A DNA stretch of 37,750 nt from Actinomycetes bacterium (GTDB taxonomy: Bacteria; Actinomycetota; Actinomycetes; S36-B12; GCA-2699445): assembly GCA_022600255.1 (NCBI GenBank), contig JAHZKU010000193.1:1-37750 (forward strand), in the 5' to 3' direction. Position numbers and translations under genes: made by a program. Shown here piece by piece: positions 8,868 to 19,012 of the stretch; position 1 is the stretch's first letter, and every line of letters begins with the position of its first letter. A model generated the notes under the pieces. The model searched no databases. It was not told the origin of the DNA and worked only from the letters and a program-made list of their open reading frames with translations.

Positions 8868-10754
8868 ATGACACCTGGCAGCGCCGGTGACCCAGCCTCG
8901 GAGGAATCTCCGCCGCCTCTTGATGATGGCTCGGAGTCAGGCACGGACACTTCGGCCACCGCAGCGGAACCAACCGATCCGAAGCTCGCTGCAAATGCCC
9001 CCGACAAACCAGAGGGCCAAGACGACTGGATGACCAGTGGGGACGGTCATCCGCGCCGTTGGGCGATCCTTGGTGTTCTGGTGGTCAGTTTGCTGGTGGT
9101 TGTCCTGGACAACACCGTTCTCAACATCGCTCTGCCCACGATCCAGGAGGACTTGGACGCCAGCCAGAGCCAACTCGTCTGGGCGGTGGACTCCTACATT
9201 CTGGTCTTCGCAGCTCTGCTCTTCACTTGGGGCGTCCTGGGTGACAAGTTTGGGCGCAAACGCGTTTTAGTCATTGGCTTGCTCATTTTTGGCGCCGCCA
9301 GCGCGGCTTCGGCCTTTGCCGCTTCGCCCGAGGTCCTGATCAGTACGCGCGCAATCATGGGGATCGGCGGGGCGGCCGTGATGCCAGCAACCTTGGCCAT
9401 CATCACAGTGGTCTTTCCGCCTCACGAGCGCGGCAAAGCGATCGGGGCGTGGGCTGGGTCAGTGGGAGCGGCCGTAGCGTTGGGTCCGGTTTTGGGTGGC
9501 CTGTTGCTGCAGCATCCGGCGTGGAGTAGTTGGCTAACCAACAACGACTGGGGCTCGGTGTTTTTGATCAACGTGCCCATCGTGATCATCGGCCTGATCG
9601 GAATCTTTCGCGTGGTCCCCGAATCACGCAACCCAGAGCCGCAACGCCTAGACATCCCAGGGCTGCTGCTGTCGTTCGTGGGCCTCGTGTCGCTGATCTA
9701 CGGGATCATCCATGCCTCCAGTGTGAAGAGTTGGACCGATCCCGGTGTGCTGGTTCCCATGGTGTTTGGTGTGGTGCTCATCATCGTGTTCCTGTTGTAC
9801 GAGTCCCGCAGTGTGCATAAGAGCTTCGACGTCGGGCTATTCAAGAATCGCGGCTACGCAGTCAGCCTCACGGCTGTGTCCCTAACATTCTTCGCCCTAT
9901 CCGGTCTCACCTTCTCGTTGCCGTTTTACTTCCAGACACTGCGTGGCATGAGCACCCTCGAGGCTGGATTGTCGTTCCTCCCCTTTGCCGTCGGCCAGCT
10001 CATTGCCGCCCCACGCAGCGGCAAGCTGGTGGAGCGCTACGGCTACCGCAAGGTGATGGCCACCGGCTTGGCCCTAGTGAGTGTGGCGTTGGTGGGCATG
10101 ATTCAGATCCAGATCGACAGCAACCTGTGGATTGTCTTGACCGGGTTCTTCATGTTCGGTGTGGGCATGGGCCTGGTGATTGCACCGGCCACCTCGCTCA
10201 TGCAGAACGTCCTGCCATTGGCGCGGGCGGGTGCGGGGTCGGCCGTTCAGAACACCGTCCGACAGGTGTTCGGCGCACTGGGAATCGCAATCGTCGGTAC
10301 CATCATCGGCACGCAGTACGCACGGAACCTACCCGCGGTCGTTGAGCCACTGGGTCCAGATTTTCCCGCTGATCAAGCTGAGGAGTCGGTGATCGCCACG
10401 GACGCCATCCTCACTCAGCAAGAGCAGGCCGGCGCGCCTGCGGCGGTGCTGGAGCCGGTGCGGGAGGGGGCATTCGACGTGTTCTTGGATGCGGCCCATC
10501 TGACGATGACCGTCTGCGCGGTCGTGGTGATCATCTCGTTCTTCTTGGTCGTGTTCGCTCTGCCGCACATTCGCCCCCCCAGACTGGGAGATCAAGCGCC
10601 CGAGGATACCTGGGACGATCCGCAATCAGACACCGATGACGCGGTACTGATAGAACAGGGGCTCACGCCGTCGGTCAAGGAACCGGTGCCAACGAACGAG
10701 GAGCACGAGGCGTCCGATCCGGGAGAACGGGAAGAAGGCAAGCCCGGCCGCTAG
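8868..10754 (+). CDS. MFS transporter, DHA2 (EmrB/QacA-like, 14-TM) drug:H+ antiporter family
   Basis: There are multiple hydrophobic helices and the MFS motif A, LGDKFGRKRVLVIG. The start is uncertain. I use the ATG at 8868; the ATG at 9030 (MTSGDGHPRRW) is an alternative, and 8646 in the ORF track overlaps the panB promoter side. Acidic disordered tails are present at both the N- and C-termini. Confidence 0.8.
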   Translation: MTPGSAGDPASEESPPPLDDGSESGTDTSATAAEPTDPKLAANAPDKPEGQDDWMTSGDGHPRRWAILGVLVVSLLVVVLDNTVLNIALPTIQEDLDASQSQLVWAVDSYILVFAALLFTWGVLGDKFGRKRVLVIGLLIFGAASAASAFAASPEVLISTRAIMGIGGAAVMPATLAIITVVFPPHERGKAIGAWAGSVGAAVALGPVLGGLLLQHPAWSSWLTNNDWGSVFLINVPIVIIGLIGIFRVVPESRNPEPQRLDIPGLLLSFVGLVSLIYGIIHASSVKSWTDPGVLVPMVFGVVLIIVFLLYESRSVHKSFDVGLFKNRGYAVSLTAVSLTFFALSGLTFSLPFYFQTLRGMSTLEAGLSFLPFAVGQLIAAPRSGKLVERYGYRKVMATGLALVSVALVGMIQIQIDSNLWIVLTGFFMFGVGMGLVIAPATSLMQNVLPLARAGAGSAVQNTVRQVFGALGIAIVGTIIGTQYARNLPAVVEPLGPDFPADQAEESVIATDAILTQQEQAGAPAAVLEPVREGAFDVFLDAAHLTMTVCAVVVIISFFLVVFALPHIRPPRLGDQAPEDTWDDPQSDTDDAVLIEQGLTPSVKEPVPTNEEHEASDPGEREEGKPGR

Positions 10755-10812
10755 CTCGGCCGTGCCGGGGTCTGGAGGTGGTTAACGGGGTGTTCCCAAG
10801 AATTTCGGAAGC

Positions 10813-12504
10813 TCACACGTCTAGTCGCCATTGATTGGTGATGGGGAGGCGACGATCTCGGCCGAAAGCCTTCAAGGAGATCTTTGTCCCTGGGGGATAC
10901 TGGCGACGTTTGTACTCGGCACGATCCGTCATTGCGATGATGCGCTGGACCAGTTTGGCGTCAAACCCCTGCGCAACCAAGGCATCGGCATCTTGGTCCT
11001 GCGCCACGTACGCGTCAAGGACGCGGTCCAACAGGTCGTATTCCGGCAGGGAATCAGTGTCCACTTGGCCGGGACGCAGTTCAGCGCTGGGCGGCTTGGT
11101 GATGCTGGAGTCGGGGATGGGTTCCACCTCACCATTCGCGGCGGCTTGGGCATTGCGCCAGCGGGCGAGAGCCCAGACCTGGGTCTTGGACACATCCTTG
11201 ATCGGCGCGAAGCCTCCTACCGCGTCACCGTAGATCGTGCTGTAGCCGACCGCGATCTCCGTATTGTTGCCCGTTGCTAGCACGAGGTGCCCTTCTGCGT
11301 TGGACAGCGCCATCAACGTAACGCCACGCACGCGCGCCTGCAGGTTCTCCTCCGCGAGTCCGCTGAGGTCCATGACTTCGTGAAATGCGGTCAGCATCGG
11401 TTCAATCGCGACTGTCCGGAATGCCAGCCCCAAGCGCGCAGCCAAGTCCTGCGCGTCCTCGCGGGAGTGCCGAGAGGAATACTTGCTAGGCATCGAGATG
11501 CCCAGAACATTCTCGCCGCCGATCGCGTCACGGGCGATCGCCGCCACCAGCGCAGAGTCGATCCCACCGGACAAGCCCAGCACCACACTCTGGAAACCAT
11601 TCTTGGTCACGTAGTCGCGCAGGCCAATCGTGAGAGCTTGGTAGATGGCCGCAGTCGGATGGGCAAGGTCGGGGGCCGTGGTCGCGGAACCAGTACCGGA
11701 TTCGGCCACGCTGGCGGTGTTCTGGTCGGTGTCAAGGTCAGCGACTAGCAGCGCGGGGGTGAAGGACTCCGCCCGGGCCAGCGCTACTCCTGCGGGGGAC
11801 ACCACCATAGAATCGCCGTCAAAGACGAGTTCGTCCTGGCCGCCCACAAGATTCACGTATGCCAACAGACAGTCGGCCTCGGCCGCTCGTCGCGCGCATA
11901 AATCCAGCCGCTCATCGTTCTTGGCCAACTCAAACGGTGATCCATTGATCACGAGCAGCAGATCCGCGTTGCTGTTGCGCGCCTCCGCAACTGGGCCGCC
12001 GCTCTGCCACAAGTCTTCGCAGATGGCCAATGCAACCTTGGCGCCGGCCACCTCAATCGTGCACGATTCCTGCCCGGGGATGAAGTAGCGGTATTCATCA
12101 AACACGCCGTAGTTGGGCAGATGGTGCTTGGCGTATTTCGCCTGCACCGCGCCGTGCTGCAGGACCCAGGCGGCATTGCGAGGCTCGTTGCGGGGTGTCC
12201 CGAGCGGGGTGTTCGTGTTCTCGCTGCTCTCCAGAGTCCCGACCACGACAGCGAGTTCACCGAGTCCGGCGTCCTGCAGTCGTTCGGCCAGTTCTTCGGT
12301 GGCAGTCATGCAGGCTTTCGAAAACGAGGCCCGCAGGGCCAAGTCTTCGATGGGATATCCCGGAATCAGCATTTCGGGGAGGGCCAACAGTTGTGCGCCC
12401 GCTGCGGCGGCATCTTGGGCAGCGCTGAACGCGATGTCGCTGTTGCCCGCTATGTCGCCGACTGTGGGGTTCACTTGTGCCAGGGCAATACGGATTTGGG
12501 CCAT
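10813..12504 (-). CDS. nadE: Glutamine-dependent NAD+ synthetase
   Basis: The N-terminal CN-hydrolase (glutaminase) domain has LALPEM and the catalytic Cys context LAICEDLW. The C-terminal synthetase domain has the PP-loop LGLSGGIDSALVA. Length is 563 aa. Confidence 0.9.
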   Translation of the reverse strand: MAQIRIALAQVNPTVGDIAGNSDIAFSAAQDAAAAGAQLLALPEMLIPGYPIEDLALRASFSKACMTATEELAERLQDAGLGELAVVVGTLESSENTNTPLGTPRNEPRNAAWVLQHGAVQAKYAKHHLPNYGVFDEYRYFIPGQESCTIEVAGAKVALAICEDLWQSGGPVAEARNSNADLLLVINGSPFELAKNDERLDLCARRAAEADCLLAYVNLVGGQDELVFDGDSMVVSPAGVALARAESFTPALLVADLDTDQNTASVAESGTGSATTAPDLAHPTAAIYQALTIGLRDYVTKNGFQSVVLGLSGGIDSALVAAIARDAIGGENVLGISMPSKYSSRHSREDAQDLAARLGLAFRTVAIEPMLTAFHEVMDLSGLAEENLQARVRGVTLMALSNAEGHLVLATGNNTEIAVGYSTIYGDAVGGFAPIKDVSKTQVWALARWRNAQAAANGEVEPIPDSSITKPPSAELRPGQVDTDSLPEYDLLDRVLDAYVAQDQDADALVAQGFDAKLVQRIIAMTDRAEYKRRQYPPGTKISLKAFGRDRRLPITNQWRLDV

Positions 12505-12564
12505 AGGGCAAGGTTATTGCGCGTCGGCGCGAGCGCAAGTGCCGGGACCGGGCAGTATTGAGGT

Positions 12565-13902
12565 ATGGACAAGCAGACCGAATTCGTATTGAGGACCATT
12601 GAGGAAAGGGATATCCGCTTTATCAGGCTGTGGTTCACCGACGTGCTGGGCACCCTGAAGTCTGTGGCCGTTGCGCCGGCCGAACTCGAAGGTGCTTTTG
12701 ACGAAGGCATTGGGTTCGACGGTTCGGCCATCGAAGGGCTCACGCGGGTATCGGAAGCTGACATGATCGTGAAGCCGGACCCGGCCACGTTCCAGATTCT
12801 GCCCTGGCGGGGGGAATCTCGCGGAACGGCCCGGATGTTTTGCGACATTCTGGCCCCAGATGGCACCCCGGCCTACGCCGATCCTCGCAATGTATTGAAA
12901 CGGGCATTGTCGCGTGCGGCCGACATGGGCTTCACCTTCTACACGCACCCCGAGATTGAGTTCTTCCTGCTGAAGCGGGAGCACAATCCCGGAGACCAGC
13001 CCGAACCCATCGACCGCTACGGATACTTTGACAATGCGCCGCATGGGATTGCGCACGACTTCCGCCGCTCCAGCATCACAATGCTGGAGAGTATGGGCAT
13101 CTCGGTAGAGTTCAGCCATCACGAGGGTGCGCCCGGACAGCAAGAAATTGACCTGCGCTACGCCGACGCCTTGACGATGGCTGACAACATCATGACCTTC
13201 CGGCTAGTAGTAAAGGAGATGGCTATCGAACACGGCGTTGTGGCCTCGTTCATGCCCAAACCATTCAGCGAACATGCGGGTTCGGGGATGCACACCCACG
13301 TGTCCCTTTTCGAAGGGGATCGCAACGCCTTCTATGAAGCCGGCGCCGAGTACCAGATGTCCAAGGTGGGCCGGTCCTTCATCGCAGGGTTGCTGAAGTA
13401 TGCGCCAGAGTTCACCGCGGTCACCAACCAGTGGGTGAACTCGTACAAGCGGCTAACAGGTGGCGGAGAAGCCCCTGCTTGGGCGTGTTGGGGGCACAAC
13501 AACCGGTCTGCCCTGATCCGCATTCCGATGTACAAACCACACAAGGGCGGTTCGACTCGGGTGGAGATCCGATCGTTGGATCCGGCCTGTAACCCCTACT
13601 TGGCCTACGCGGTGATCCTCAGTGCCGGATTACAGGGGATCGAAGATGGGCTGGAACTGACCCTGGGCGCTGAAGATGACGTCTGGTCGTTGACTGAGGC
13701 CGAGCGTCGGGCCATGGGTATGCAACCCCTGCCACACAGTTTGGGGTATGCGTTGGACCAGATGGCCGGTAGCGACTTGGTGGCCGACACCCTCGGGGAA
13801 CATGTCTTTGACTTCTTCCTGCGCAACAAGAGCGCTGAGTGGGAGGACTACCGCGCTCAAGTGACCCAGTTTGAGCTGGACAAGTACCTTCCGATCCTGT
13901 GA
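12565..13902 (+). CDS. glnA2: Glutamine synthetase, GlnA2-type (GSI-alpha-like, not adenylylatable)
   Basis: The N-terminus MDKQTEFVLRTIEERDIRFIRLWFTDVLG is present, with the motifs GSGMHTHVSLF and NRSALIRIP. There is no Tyr-containing adenylylation loop. Confidence 0.9.
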   Translation: MDKQTEFVLRTIEERDIRFIRLWFTDVLGTLKSVAVAPAELEGAFDEGIGFDGSAIEGLTRVSEADMIVKPDPATFQILPWRGESRGTARMFCDILAPDGTPAYADPRNVLKRALSRAADMGFTFYTHPEIEFFLLKREHNPGDQPEPIDRYGYFDNAPHGIAHDFRRSSITMLESMGISVEFSHHEGAPGQQEIDLRYADALTMADNIMTFRLVVKEMAIEHGVVASFMPKPFSEHAGSGMHTHVSLFEGDRNAFYEAGAEYQMSKVGRSFIAGLLKYAPEFTAVTNQWVNSYKRLTGGGEAPAWACWGHNNRSALIRIPMYKPHKGGSTRVEIRSLDPACNPYLAYAVILSAGLQGIEDGLELTLGAEDDVWSLTEAERRAMGMQPLPHSLGYALDQMAGSDLVADTLGEHVFDFFLRNKSAEWEDYRAQVTQFELDKYLPIL

Positions 13903-16886
13903 CGATGCCCGGCCCCCCACCTGCCCCCGCTGGCGAACTCATTCGCCTGGGGTTTAGCGACCTCACCCGCACCCGGGGAATCCTGAGTGAACCCGCGTTG
14001 GCGCAACTCTTCGAGTCCGCAGATCTTGTCGGCTTTGCCGACGCAGCAGATCCGGACATCGCGCTGTTGGGCTTGTCCAACATTCTCTCCAATGAGGCCG
14101 CTAGCCCGTTGTCCGAGGCTTTGGCGGCCGATCCTGAGTCGCTCCGGCGACTGATCGCCGTTCTGGGTGTATCCAGCGCAATGTCGGAGTACTTGACCCG
14201 ACACCCACTGAGTTGGCTGAACATATCCGCGCAGTTTCAGCCGGACCCGGCCGAGCATTATCGCCACGCGCTATTGCGCAGCGTGGGCGCCGACCCCGCC
14301 GCTGCGGTCCCAGTCGCAGCGGGTAGCGGCGAGCAACAGCTCGCGGACTTGCGGATTGCGTACCGGCAAGAGTTGCTGCAGATCGTGAACGACGACATCA
14401 ATCACGGGGCTTCGGTTGAACGGATATCTCAGATGCTGGCCCGACTAGCGGATGCGGTATTGGAAGCGGCACTAGCCATCGCCAGGCATTCGGTAGGTCC
14501 GGAGTCGATCGAGTGTCGCTTCTCGGTCATCGCGCTGGGCAAGTGTGGTGGGCTGGAACTCAACTACATCTCGGACGTGGACGTCGTGTTCGTCGTGGAG
14601 TCGGACACCGAGGACGACTCCGCCGCCGTGCGGATCGGTACCAAGCTGGCAACCGCGCTGATGCGCGCCTGTATGGCCAGTACCCCTGAAGGCACCATTT
14701 GGGAGGTGGATCCGGCGCTGCGGCCGGAGGGCAAAGCCGGCGCGCTGGTGCGGACCCTGCAAAGCTACGTCGGCTATTACGAGCGCTGGGCAGAAACCTG
14801 GGAGTTCCAGGCCCAGCTCAAGGCGCGGGTTGCGGCGGGAGATCTAGACTTGGGCCAGCGGTATGTGCAGACAATGCAGGAGTTTGTCTGGGGCGCGGCG
14901 GGTCGGGAGAACTTTGTTGAGGATGTGCAGTCGATGCGTCGCCGCGTGGAGCGGTCGATATCGGGCAAGAAAGCTGATCGTGAGTTGAAGTTGGCGCCGG
15001 GCGGATTGCGCGATGTCGAGTTCAGTGTGCAGCTCTTGCAGCTGGTGCACGGTCGACACGACGAGAAACTGCGCACGGCCCCCACCTTCGCCGCCTTACG
15101 CGAGTTGGCCAATCAGGGGTACATCGGGTTGCAGGATGCCGATGAGCTCGCCAGCGCCTACGACTTCCTACGCACACTGGAACATCGTGTTCAGGTCTAC
15201 AAGCTGAAACGGACGCACTCGCTACCCAGTGACGACGTGAATCTGCGCCGCATTGCTCGCTCGATGGGGATGCGTTCTGATCCGGTCGCGGAGTTGGAGA
15301 AGCAATGGCGTGACCACGCTCGGGATGCGCGCCGGCTACATCAAAAACTGTTCTATCGACCACTACTGAATGCCGTCGCGCGGTTGGGGGCGGGGGAAGC
15401 CAAGCTGAGCCCGGCCGCCGCGAGCCAGCGACTGTTGGCCCTAGGGTTCACGGACCCCGATTCCGCACTGCGCCACTTGGAGGCGCTAACCTCCGGGATC
15501 TCGCGCCGGGCTGCTATCCAGCGCACACTGCTGCCGGTCATGCTTGAGTGGTTCTCACGCAGCCCGGATCCCGACGCAGCGCTGCTGAACTTCCGCAAGG
15601 TGAGCGAAGAACTTGGCCTCACACCTTGGTACTTGCGACTGCTGCGCGATCAGTCCGTCGTCGCTGAGCGACTTGCTGACCTGTTGGGGAGTAGCCAATA
15701 CGCGACCGGGCTGCTGATGCACGACCCGCAGGCGGTCGGTATGTTAGCGGACACGCACGAGTTAGAGCCGCGGTCGCGAATGTCCTTGGAGGCGGAGGCG
15801 CTCACAATCGTGGATCGTCACGAGTCGCCGACCACGGCCGTGTCCGCGGTGCGGGGGCTGCGCAGACGCGAGTTGTTCCGAATTTCAGCCGCAAACGTGT
15901 TGCGACTCGCTGATGCCGAAGAGGTCGCCCAAGGTTTGTCGGATGTGGCCAGCGCCACCCTGGCCGGGGCCTTACACGCCTCGGTCAAATCGGTCACGGG
16001 CCAATACGAAGAAGACCGTGGCGTACGGTTTCTAGTGGTGGCGATGGGCCGGCTAGGCGGGGCTGAACTCGGCTACGCATCTGACGCCGATGTGCTGTTC
16101 GTCTATGAGCCGACTGGAGTGCTACCCGCAGCAGAGTCAGCCCAACAGGCCCAGAAGATCGCAAGTGAGATTCGCCGGCTACTGACACTGCCGGGGCCGG
16201 ATCCGATCCTGGAAGTTGACACAAGTCTGCGGCCTGAAGGCCGCAATGGCCCGATAGTCCGATCCTTGGATTCGTACCGAACCTACTACCAGAAGTGGGC
16301 GAGCGGCTGGGAAGCGCAAGCGCTACTACGGGCTGTCCCCGCCTGTGGTGACCACCAGATGGCACGGGTGTTCACCGAGATGATCGACCCATTGCGGTAC
16401 CCCGAGGGCGGCATCACCCACGAGCACCTGATCGAGATTCGCCGTCTCAAGGCACGGATGGAGTCGGAGCGACTGCCGCGCGGTGTCGACCCGCGTTCCC
16501 ACGTCAAGATGGGTCCGGGTGGGCTCTCCGATGTCGAATGGACGGTGCAGTTGCTGCAGCTGCAACATGGGTACGCCCTCCCCGACCTCCGTACGGCGCC
16601 AACTTTCCCGGCGTTGCGCGCGGCCCGAGACGCCGATCTGATCACCGCAGAAGATGCCGAGACGCTCATGGAAGCTTGGCTGTTTGCCACCCGGATCCGC
16701 AATGCCAACATGTTGGTCACTGGCCGCGCAGACGATGTGTTTCCGGGTCGGACCAAACGGTTGATGGGAGTGGCGCATCTCCTCGGCTACGAGGAAGGTC
16801 AGAGTCAGTTGCTGGAAGAGGACTATCGCAAGGCCGCGCGACATGCCCGAGCCGTGGTGGACCGGGTCTTCTACGGTTTCGATTGA
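13899..16886 (+). CDS. glnE: Bifunctional glutamine synthetase adenylyltransferase/adenylyl-removing enzyme
   Basis: The 995-aa protein has two nucleotidyltransferase modules (GKCGGLELNYISDVDVVFV and GRLGGAELGYASDADVLFV). The GTG at 13899 overlaps the glnA2 stop as GTGA. An ATG at 13905 is an alternative start. Confidence 0.9.
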   Translation: MTMPGPPPAPAGELIRLGFSDLTRTRGILSEPALAQLFESADLVGFADAADPDIALLGLSNILSNEAASPLSEALAADPESLRRLIAVLGVSSAMSEYLTRHPLSWLNISAQFQPDPAEHYRHALLRSVGADPAAAVPVAAGSGEQQLADLRIAYRQELLQIVNDDINHGASVERISQMLARLADAVLEAALAIARHSVGPESIECRFSVIALGKCGGLELNYISDVDVVFVVESDTEDDSAAVRIGTKLATALMRACMASTPEGTIWEVDPALRPEGKAGALVRTLQSYVGYYERWAETWEFQAQLKARVAAGDLDLGQRYVQTMQEFVWGAAGRENFVEDVQSMRRRVERSISGKKADRELKLAPGGLRDVEFSVQLLQLVHGRHDEKLRTAPTFAALRELANQGYIGLQDADELASAYDFLRTLEHRVQVYKLKRTHSLPSDDVNLRRIARSMGMRSDPVAELEKQWRDHARDARRLHQKLFYRPLLNAVARLGAGEAKLSPAAASQRLLALGFTDPDSALRHLEALTSGISRRAAIQRTLLPVMLEWFSRSPDPDAALLNFRKVSEELGLTPWYLRLLRDQSVVAERLADLLGSSQYATGLLMHDPQAVGMLADTHELEPRSRMSLEAEALTIVDRHESPTTAVSAVRGLRRRELFRISAANVLRLADAEEVAQGLSDVASATLAGALHASVKSVTGQYEEDRGVRFLVVAMGRLGGAELGYASDADVLFVYEPTGVLPAAESAQQAQKIASEIRRLLTLPGPDPILEVDTSLRPEGRNGPIVRSLDSYRTYYQKWASGWEAQALLRAVPACGDHQMARVFTEMIDPLRYPEGGITHEHLIEIRRLKARMESERLPRGVDPRSHVKMGPGGLSDVEWTVQLLQLQHGYALPDLRTAPTFPALRAARDADLITAEDAETLMEAWLFATRIRNANMLVTGRADDVFPGRTKRLMGVAHLLGYEEGQSQLLEEDYRKAARHARAVVDRVFYGFD

Positions 16887-16911
16887 TCTCGTTGGTGAGC
16901 TCGCGCTGAAG

Positions 16912-18267
16912 CTACCGGTAGACGATCACCTCAGTACCCATTCGGGTCTTGCGCCAAGTCCAGTCCGCGGCCCACATCGGCTGGCGGACACATCCGTGAC
17001 TGGCGGGGTATGCCGGTACCGGGACATACCCATGCAGACCGTAGTTGCCCAGGAACGCCATGAAGCGGTAGAGATACGATCCGCCGCGTTGGAATATCCG
17101 AAACGAACCCTCTGGGGTGTTTCCAGTTCGGCCCGTAGACACGTGCATGGTCCCAAGTACGTTGCCGTCGCGGACCACCATCATCAACTGGGTCGTTTTG
17201 TTCACTTCGATGTGGGTGCCAGGCTTGCGATAGCGCGGCTTGATGGGCTCGGCGGCCAGCAAGGACCGCCACGTTCCCCGCGTCATCGTCTTGCTGCGCT
17301 TCATTCCCTGGCTCTTGCGGAAGGCCAACACCACGTCGGACACTGTCTTGTCGTACTTGTTGCCGCCCTGGGGGGTATGAAAGCCGAGCGCTTTGAGTTC
17401 GCGCAACAATGGTCGGACTTCGGGGCCCTTGTCGCCCCGCCGAAGGACGCGCGTTGTCGCTTTTACCCGACCCGTGGCCGTGGTGGCTGCCAGTCCGTCT
17501 TTCGCTGCCAGTTTCACCGTCACTTCAGCTTTCCCAACAAAGCCGAGCCGCAGCGACTTGGAAAGCGAGCCCCGCGATACGTTTCCGGTCTTGACGATCC
17601 GGTCACCGGCCTTGGGTCGCACGATGATGCTGGCGGGGGCCGAGTAGCTTCGTGGTTGAACGTTGACGCGGACTTTGCTCTTGGTCAGCGCAGGGCCGTC
17701 ATGCCTTTCGATGCGTACCCGCGGTATCACCTTGATGGGGATACCCGCAGACGCTGTTCCAAGAACCATCGCCCGCAATGAACCAGATTCCTTGGCCGTG
17801 AATTGCAGCGACCAGTGGCCGGCCTTGGTAATAGTGCTGCTTGCGACGGGGCGCCAAGTGCCGGACGTGCGCATTTGTATGGATACCGCCGATCCGGCCG
17901 GCGCACCTGCGGCCACACCTGTTGCCTTCAGGGTGGCACCGTACTCGGGGTTCGGCTCGGAGACTTGGATCGTGTTGCTCGTCACCGACTGCGCGCGGGG
18001 TTCGGATGCCTGCCCTGGACCGCTTTCCGTTCCGTATTCGGGTGCACTCGACTTCCCGTCCGATTCTGGGTCAGCGCCCGAGCCAGAATCGGACGGTGGC
18101 GCACCCGGACCGGCCTGTTCAGGTGGCAGGGATCCTGACTGCTCAGGTGGCAAGGTAGGAGCGCTGACCGGTACATCGTCGGGCTTTGCCGCAGCGGGGC
18201 CCGCTGCAATCCCCACAAGCATCCCGCCAGCCAGGGCCAGTGTGGCTGTCCTACGTAGACATCTCAT
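16912..18267 (-). CDS. L,D-transpeptidase with peptidoglycan-binding domain (secreted)
   Basis: The C-terminal YkuD domain carries the catalytic motif SHGCVR. It is preceded by a PG_binding_1-like segment (RRGDKGPEVRPLLRELKALGF). I trimmed the start to the ATG at 18267, giving the signal peptide MRCLRRTATLALAGGMLVGIAAGPAAA. The longer ORF-track form overlaps the RDD gene. Confidence 0.8.
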   Translation of the reverse strand: MRCLRRTATLALAGGMLVGIAAGPAAAKPDDVPVSAPTLPPEQSGSLPPEQAGPGAPPSDSGSGADPESDGKSSAPEYGTESGPGQASEPRAQSVTSNTIQVSEPNPEYGATLKATGVAAGAPAGSAVSIQMRTSGTWRPVASSTITKAGHWSLQFTAKESGSLRAMVLGTASAGIPIKVIPRVRIERHDGPALTKSKVRVNVQPRSYSAPASIIVRPKAGDRIVKTGNVSRGSLSKSLRLGFVGKAEVTVKLAAKDGLAATTATGRVKATTRVLRRGDKGPEVRPLLRELKALGFHTPQGGNKYDKTVSDVVLAFRKSQGMKRSKTMTRGTWRSLLAAEPIKPRYRKPGTHIEVNKTTQLMMVVRDGNVLGTMHVSTGRTGNTPEGSFRIFQRGGSYLYRFMAFLGNYGLHGYVPVPAYPASHGCVRQPMWAADWTWRKTRMGTEVIVYR

Positions 18268-18401
18268 GGCTGGAGAGTAGTCCGCTCGAGGTTGGGTGGC
18301 GCGTTGAGCGGGGAGTTCACTGCTGTGAAGAATCAATGTGACCCGAGCCGGCCACACCTTCTGAACCACGGGTCGGGGGAAGGCGAGGCACCTGGCACTT
18401 G

Positions 18402-18893
18402 TCAGCGCATGACGCAGACTGAGCGGGCGGCCTTGTCCTGCAGGCCACGGGTGTCTTGATCCCAGACTAGGGGCGGAATCACCAAACAGATCAACGCGGT
18501 CCGGACCGCGGTAGAGATGGCGCCCAGTCGCTTGCCCCTGACAGCCACGACCTGAAGACGCAGGAGGCGTTGCCCAAAGGAGGAGCCGGTTAGCCACGTG
18601 AGGATCCAGACCTCAAATGCGAAAACCCCAAGGACCGCCAGGCTGAAGTCGGACTCGCCGTATGTCAGTCCGGGGAAGATCAGCAGGGTGACAAGAATGG
18701 CGGCAAACCAATCCAGTAGGAGGGCGACAACCCGTCGGCCAACATTCGGGATTGATCCTGGCCCGCTCTGGGGCAAGCCTAGGCGCTGGCCGCGATAGGC
18801 CTGCTCTCCGGCGTAGTTCTCGGCCGCTTGTCCGGGGGTCGAAAGCCAGGATCCGATATCGCGTCTATCCACGTCATCAGGGTATCCCGCCAC
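18402..18893 (-). CDS. RDD family membrane protein
   Basis: The topology and sequence (RRVVALLLDWFAAILV..., GQRLLRLQVV..., LQDKAARSV) match the RDD-domain protein usually found beside glnA1 in actinobacteria. The start is a GTG at 18893 with no obvious SD. Confidence 0.65.
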   Translation of the reverse strand: MAGYPDDVDRRDIGSWLSTPGQAAENYAGEQAYRGQRLGLPQSGPGSIPNVGRRVVALLLDWFAAILVTLLIFPGLTYGESDFSLAVLGVFAFEVWILTWLTGSSFGQRLLRLQVVAVRGKRLGAISTAVRTALICLVIPPLVWDQDTRGLQDKAARSVCVMR

Positions 18894-19012
18894 GGTGCTA
18901 GGCCGAAAACAGCCCGTGCCGGCGCGTTGTTGCTACCGACCAGACTGGGGCCACTGCAGCGGGGTGGGATCCGCCGAGGAAATCAAATCACGGGATGTTT
19001 ATTGGCGAACCA

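Noticed and set aside
12514-13143. A 209-aa minus-strand ORF.
   Set aside because: It is antisense to glnA2, whose frame has definitive glutamine synthetase motifs.
16843-17781. A 312-aa plus-strand ORF.
   Set aside because: It is antisense to the L,D-transpeptidase gene. It has no motifs and an Arg/His/Gly-rich composition typical of shadow ORFs in high-GC DNA.
18268-18597. N-terminal extensions given in the ORF track. Examples are Ldt to 18597, pepA to 34568, gcvT from 34524, panB to 8782, GDPD from 5615, MFS from 8646, the lipoprotein to 24105 and IclR to 36475.
   Set aside because: The extensions overlap neighbouring genes or promoters and lack homology-like sequence. Internal starts with SD sequences, signal peptides or leaderless -10 hexamers fit known protein N-termini better.
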